Positions 62,700 to 64,000 of a stretch of DNA of 64,000 bases are shown piece by piece. A model generated the notes under the pieces. It worked only from the letters and a program-made list of their open reading frames with translations, ran no database searches and was not told where the DNA came from. A program made the translations under genes and the position numbers. This stretch comes from Chiloscyllium plagiosum (Eukaryota). The stretch lies in the NCBI RefSeq assembly GCF_004010195.1, contig NC_057718.1:15307407-15371406 (forward strand). The letters run 5' to 3'. Positions within the stretch are counted from its first letter, which is position 1, and every line of letters begins with the position of its first letter.

Positions 62700-62970
62700 T
62701 GTGTGCCATTTCAAATGCTGCCAGAGAGGAACTGCGGTGTTTGACTGTTATTACTGTCGACATGATCTGGAGATAAAGAATAATTGCTCCCCACCTTGGA
62801 CAACATCCTGGGGAGAACAGGGCTATCCTTTTTTGTTTCAGTCAACCACCTGAGTACTGTTTCCACTGGACACAGCCAGCCTGAACATCAACTGTAGCTT
62901 GGGTGAAAAGGAATGCCTGGCAGTGTTGAAAGAATATCACGGAACATTTGCACTCTGCAAGTTAAGTGCT
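62700..62970 (+). mobile_element. Possible degenerate PIF/Harbinger Myb/SANT-like remnant
   Basis: QPA*TSTVAWVKRNAWQC*KNITEHLHSA followed by gttaagt loosely resembles the W..(R)..QC.KK..DL motif; weak. Confidence 0.3.
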
Positions 62971-63493
62971 ATCATCTTCTATCCGATATTTCTCTCACAC
63001 GGTACCAGCGCTCATTGTAGCTGTCATCATATGCATCTCATCAAGGCTTATGGACTACACCTCTCAGTACTGCATGCATCCTGTCTGCTTTGTAGCTCTC
63101 ACCTACCTCTTCCCAAATTGCTAATCTTCATGCCCTCTTCACGTCCTGCTCCCTTACTGGGGCACCTCACACATCTCACTCTTATGTCACCACTGACTGC
63201 TTTTACATCCATTTCCATCATACTCCATTCCCCCCACACTGATTGCAGGAAACATTGGCCCAATTCCCATGATGTCTCAACAGCACCTCATTAGACTGAC
63301 TTGTAGTTCCTGGACAGCTTGCATTTGGCCTGCAGAACTAACTGTGGCCCAATACTTGGACTGCAAGGACACAGATCCTCAGATTCTAGTGGGATCAACT
63401 CCCTATCTGCCAGAGTGTTTTAATTGTACAAACTTCTTGGCTGACTGTAGTCTCCCTTCACTTAGAGAATTTCTCCCATTTAACTTTCGTACT

Positions 63494-63678
63494 TTGGAAA
63501 TGCCGGTGTTGGACTGGGGTGTACAAAGTTAAAAATCACACAACATCAGGTTATATTCAACAGGTTTATTTGGAAGCACTAGCTTTCGGAACGACCACCT
63601 AATGAAGAAGCAGTGCTCTGAAAGCTAGTGCTTCCATGTAAACCTGTTGGACTATAACCTGGTGTTGTGTGATTTTTG
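63494..63678. mobile_element. Short head-to-head PLE family C terminal-repeat pair
   Basis: Inverted arms; flanking ACTTTCGTACT (63483) / ACTTTCATACT (63679). Confidence 0.85.
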
Positions 63679-64000
63679 ACTTTCATACTGTCCTTGAATC
63701 ACAGTACATTGGTTATTAAGCTAATGGCAGATGCTTCCGGTCTGACATTGCTGTAGCATGGTGCCACACATTGACATGTTCGCCTCCTTGATAGTTTAAT
63801 GCTCCCCATTGTCGAAAGCTGCCTGCCACACTTCCATTGAGCCTGGTAGCCTGTAAGGTGTGTGTAATACGTACTACAGTGAACTGTATACTGATGCTAG
63901 TCACCTCCATGTGGTACAGGCCGTGAGTCCCAGCACAGCAATATGATGGCCTTAAAATGCTATCCCAAGGAGGCAAACGGTCAACTCATCAAAAACCTGA

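Overview
Vertebrate nuclear DNA, very likely from a shark. This is inferred from the repeats: HE1-like V-SINEs, CR1-clade LINEs, Deu-domain SINEs and abundant Penelope-like elements. The window holds one complete protein-coding gene, TFB2M (mitochondrial transcription factor B2), on the + strand. It has 8 coding exons between 7773 and 25914, all with GT-AG introns, giving a 1314-nt CDS and a 437-aa protein. Its probable CpG-island promoter lies at about 5330-5750. A second CpG island at about 42500-43300, with a probable first exon, starts an unidentified gene whose later exons I could not find. Most of the rest is transposable elements, plus four N gaps that all fall inside young repeats. The most interesting signals are four. 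(1) Three Penelope-like families each carry a minimal type-I hammerhead-ribozyme motif, often in tandem or inverted terminal repeats with 9-16 bp target duplications. (2) A nested Penelope insertion appears to split the TFB2M promoter from a perfect NRF1 palindrome. (3) TFB2M apparently has a spliced, uORF-containing 5' leader. (4) There are several long inverted repeats. I found no convincing novel protein-coding system.
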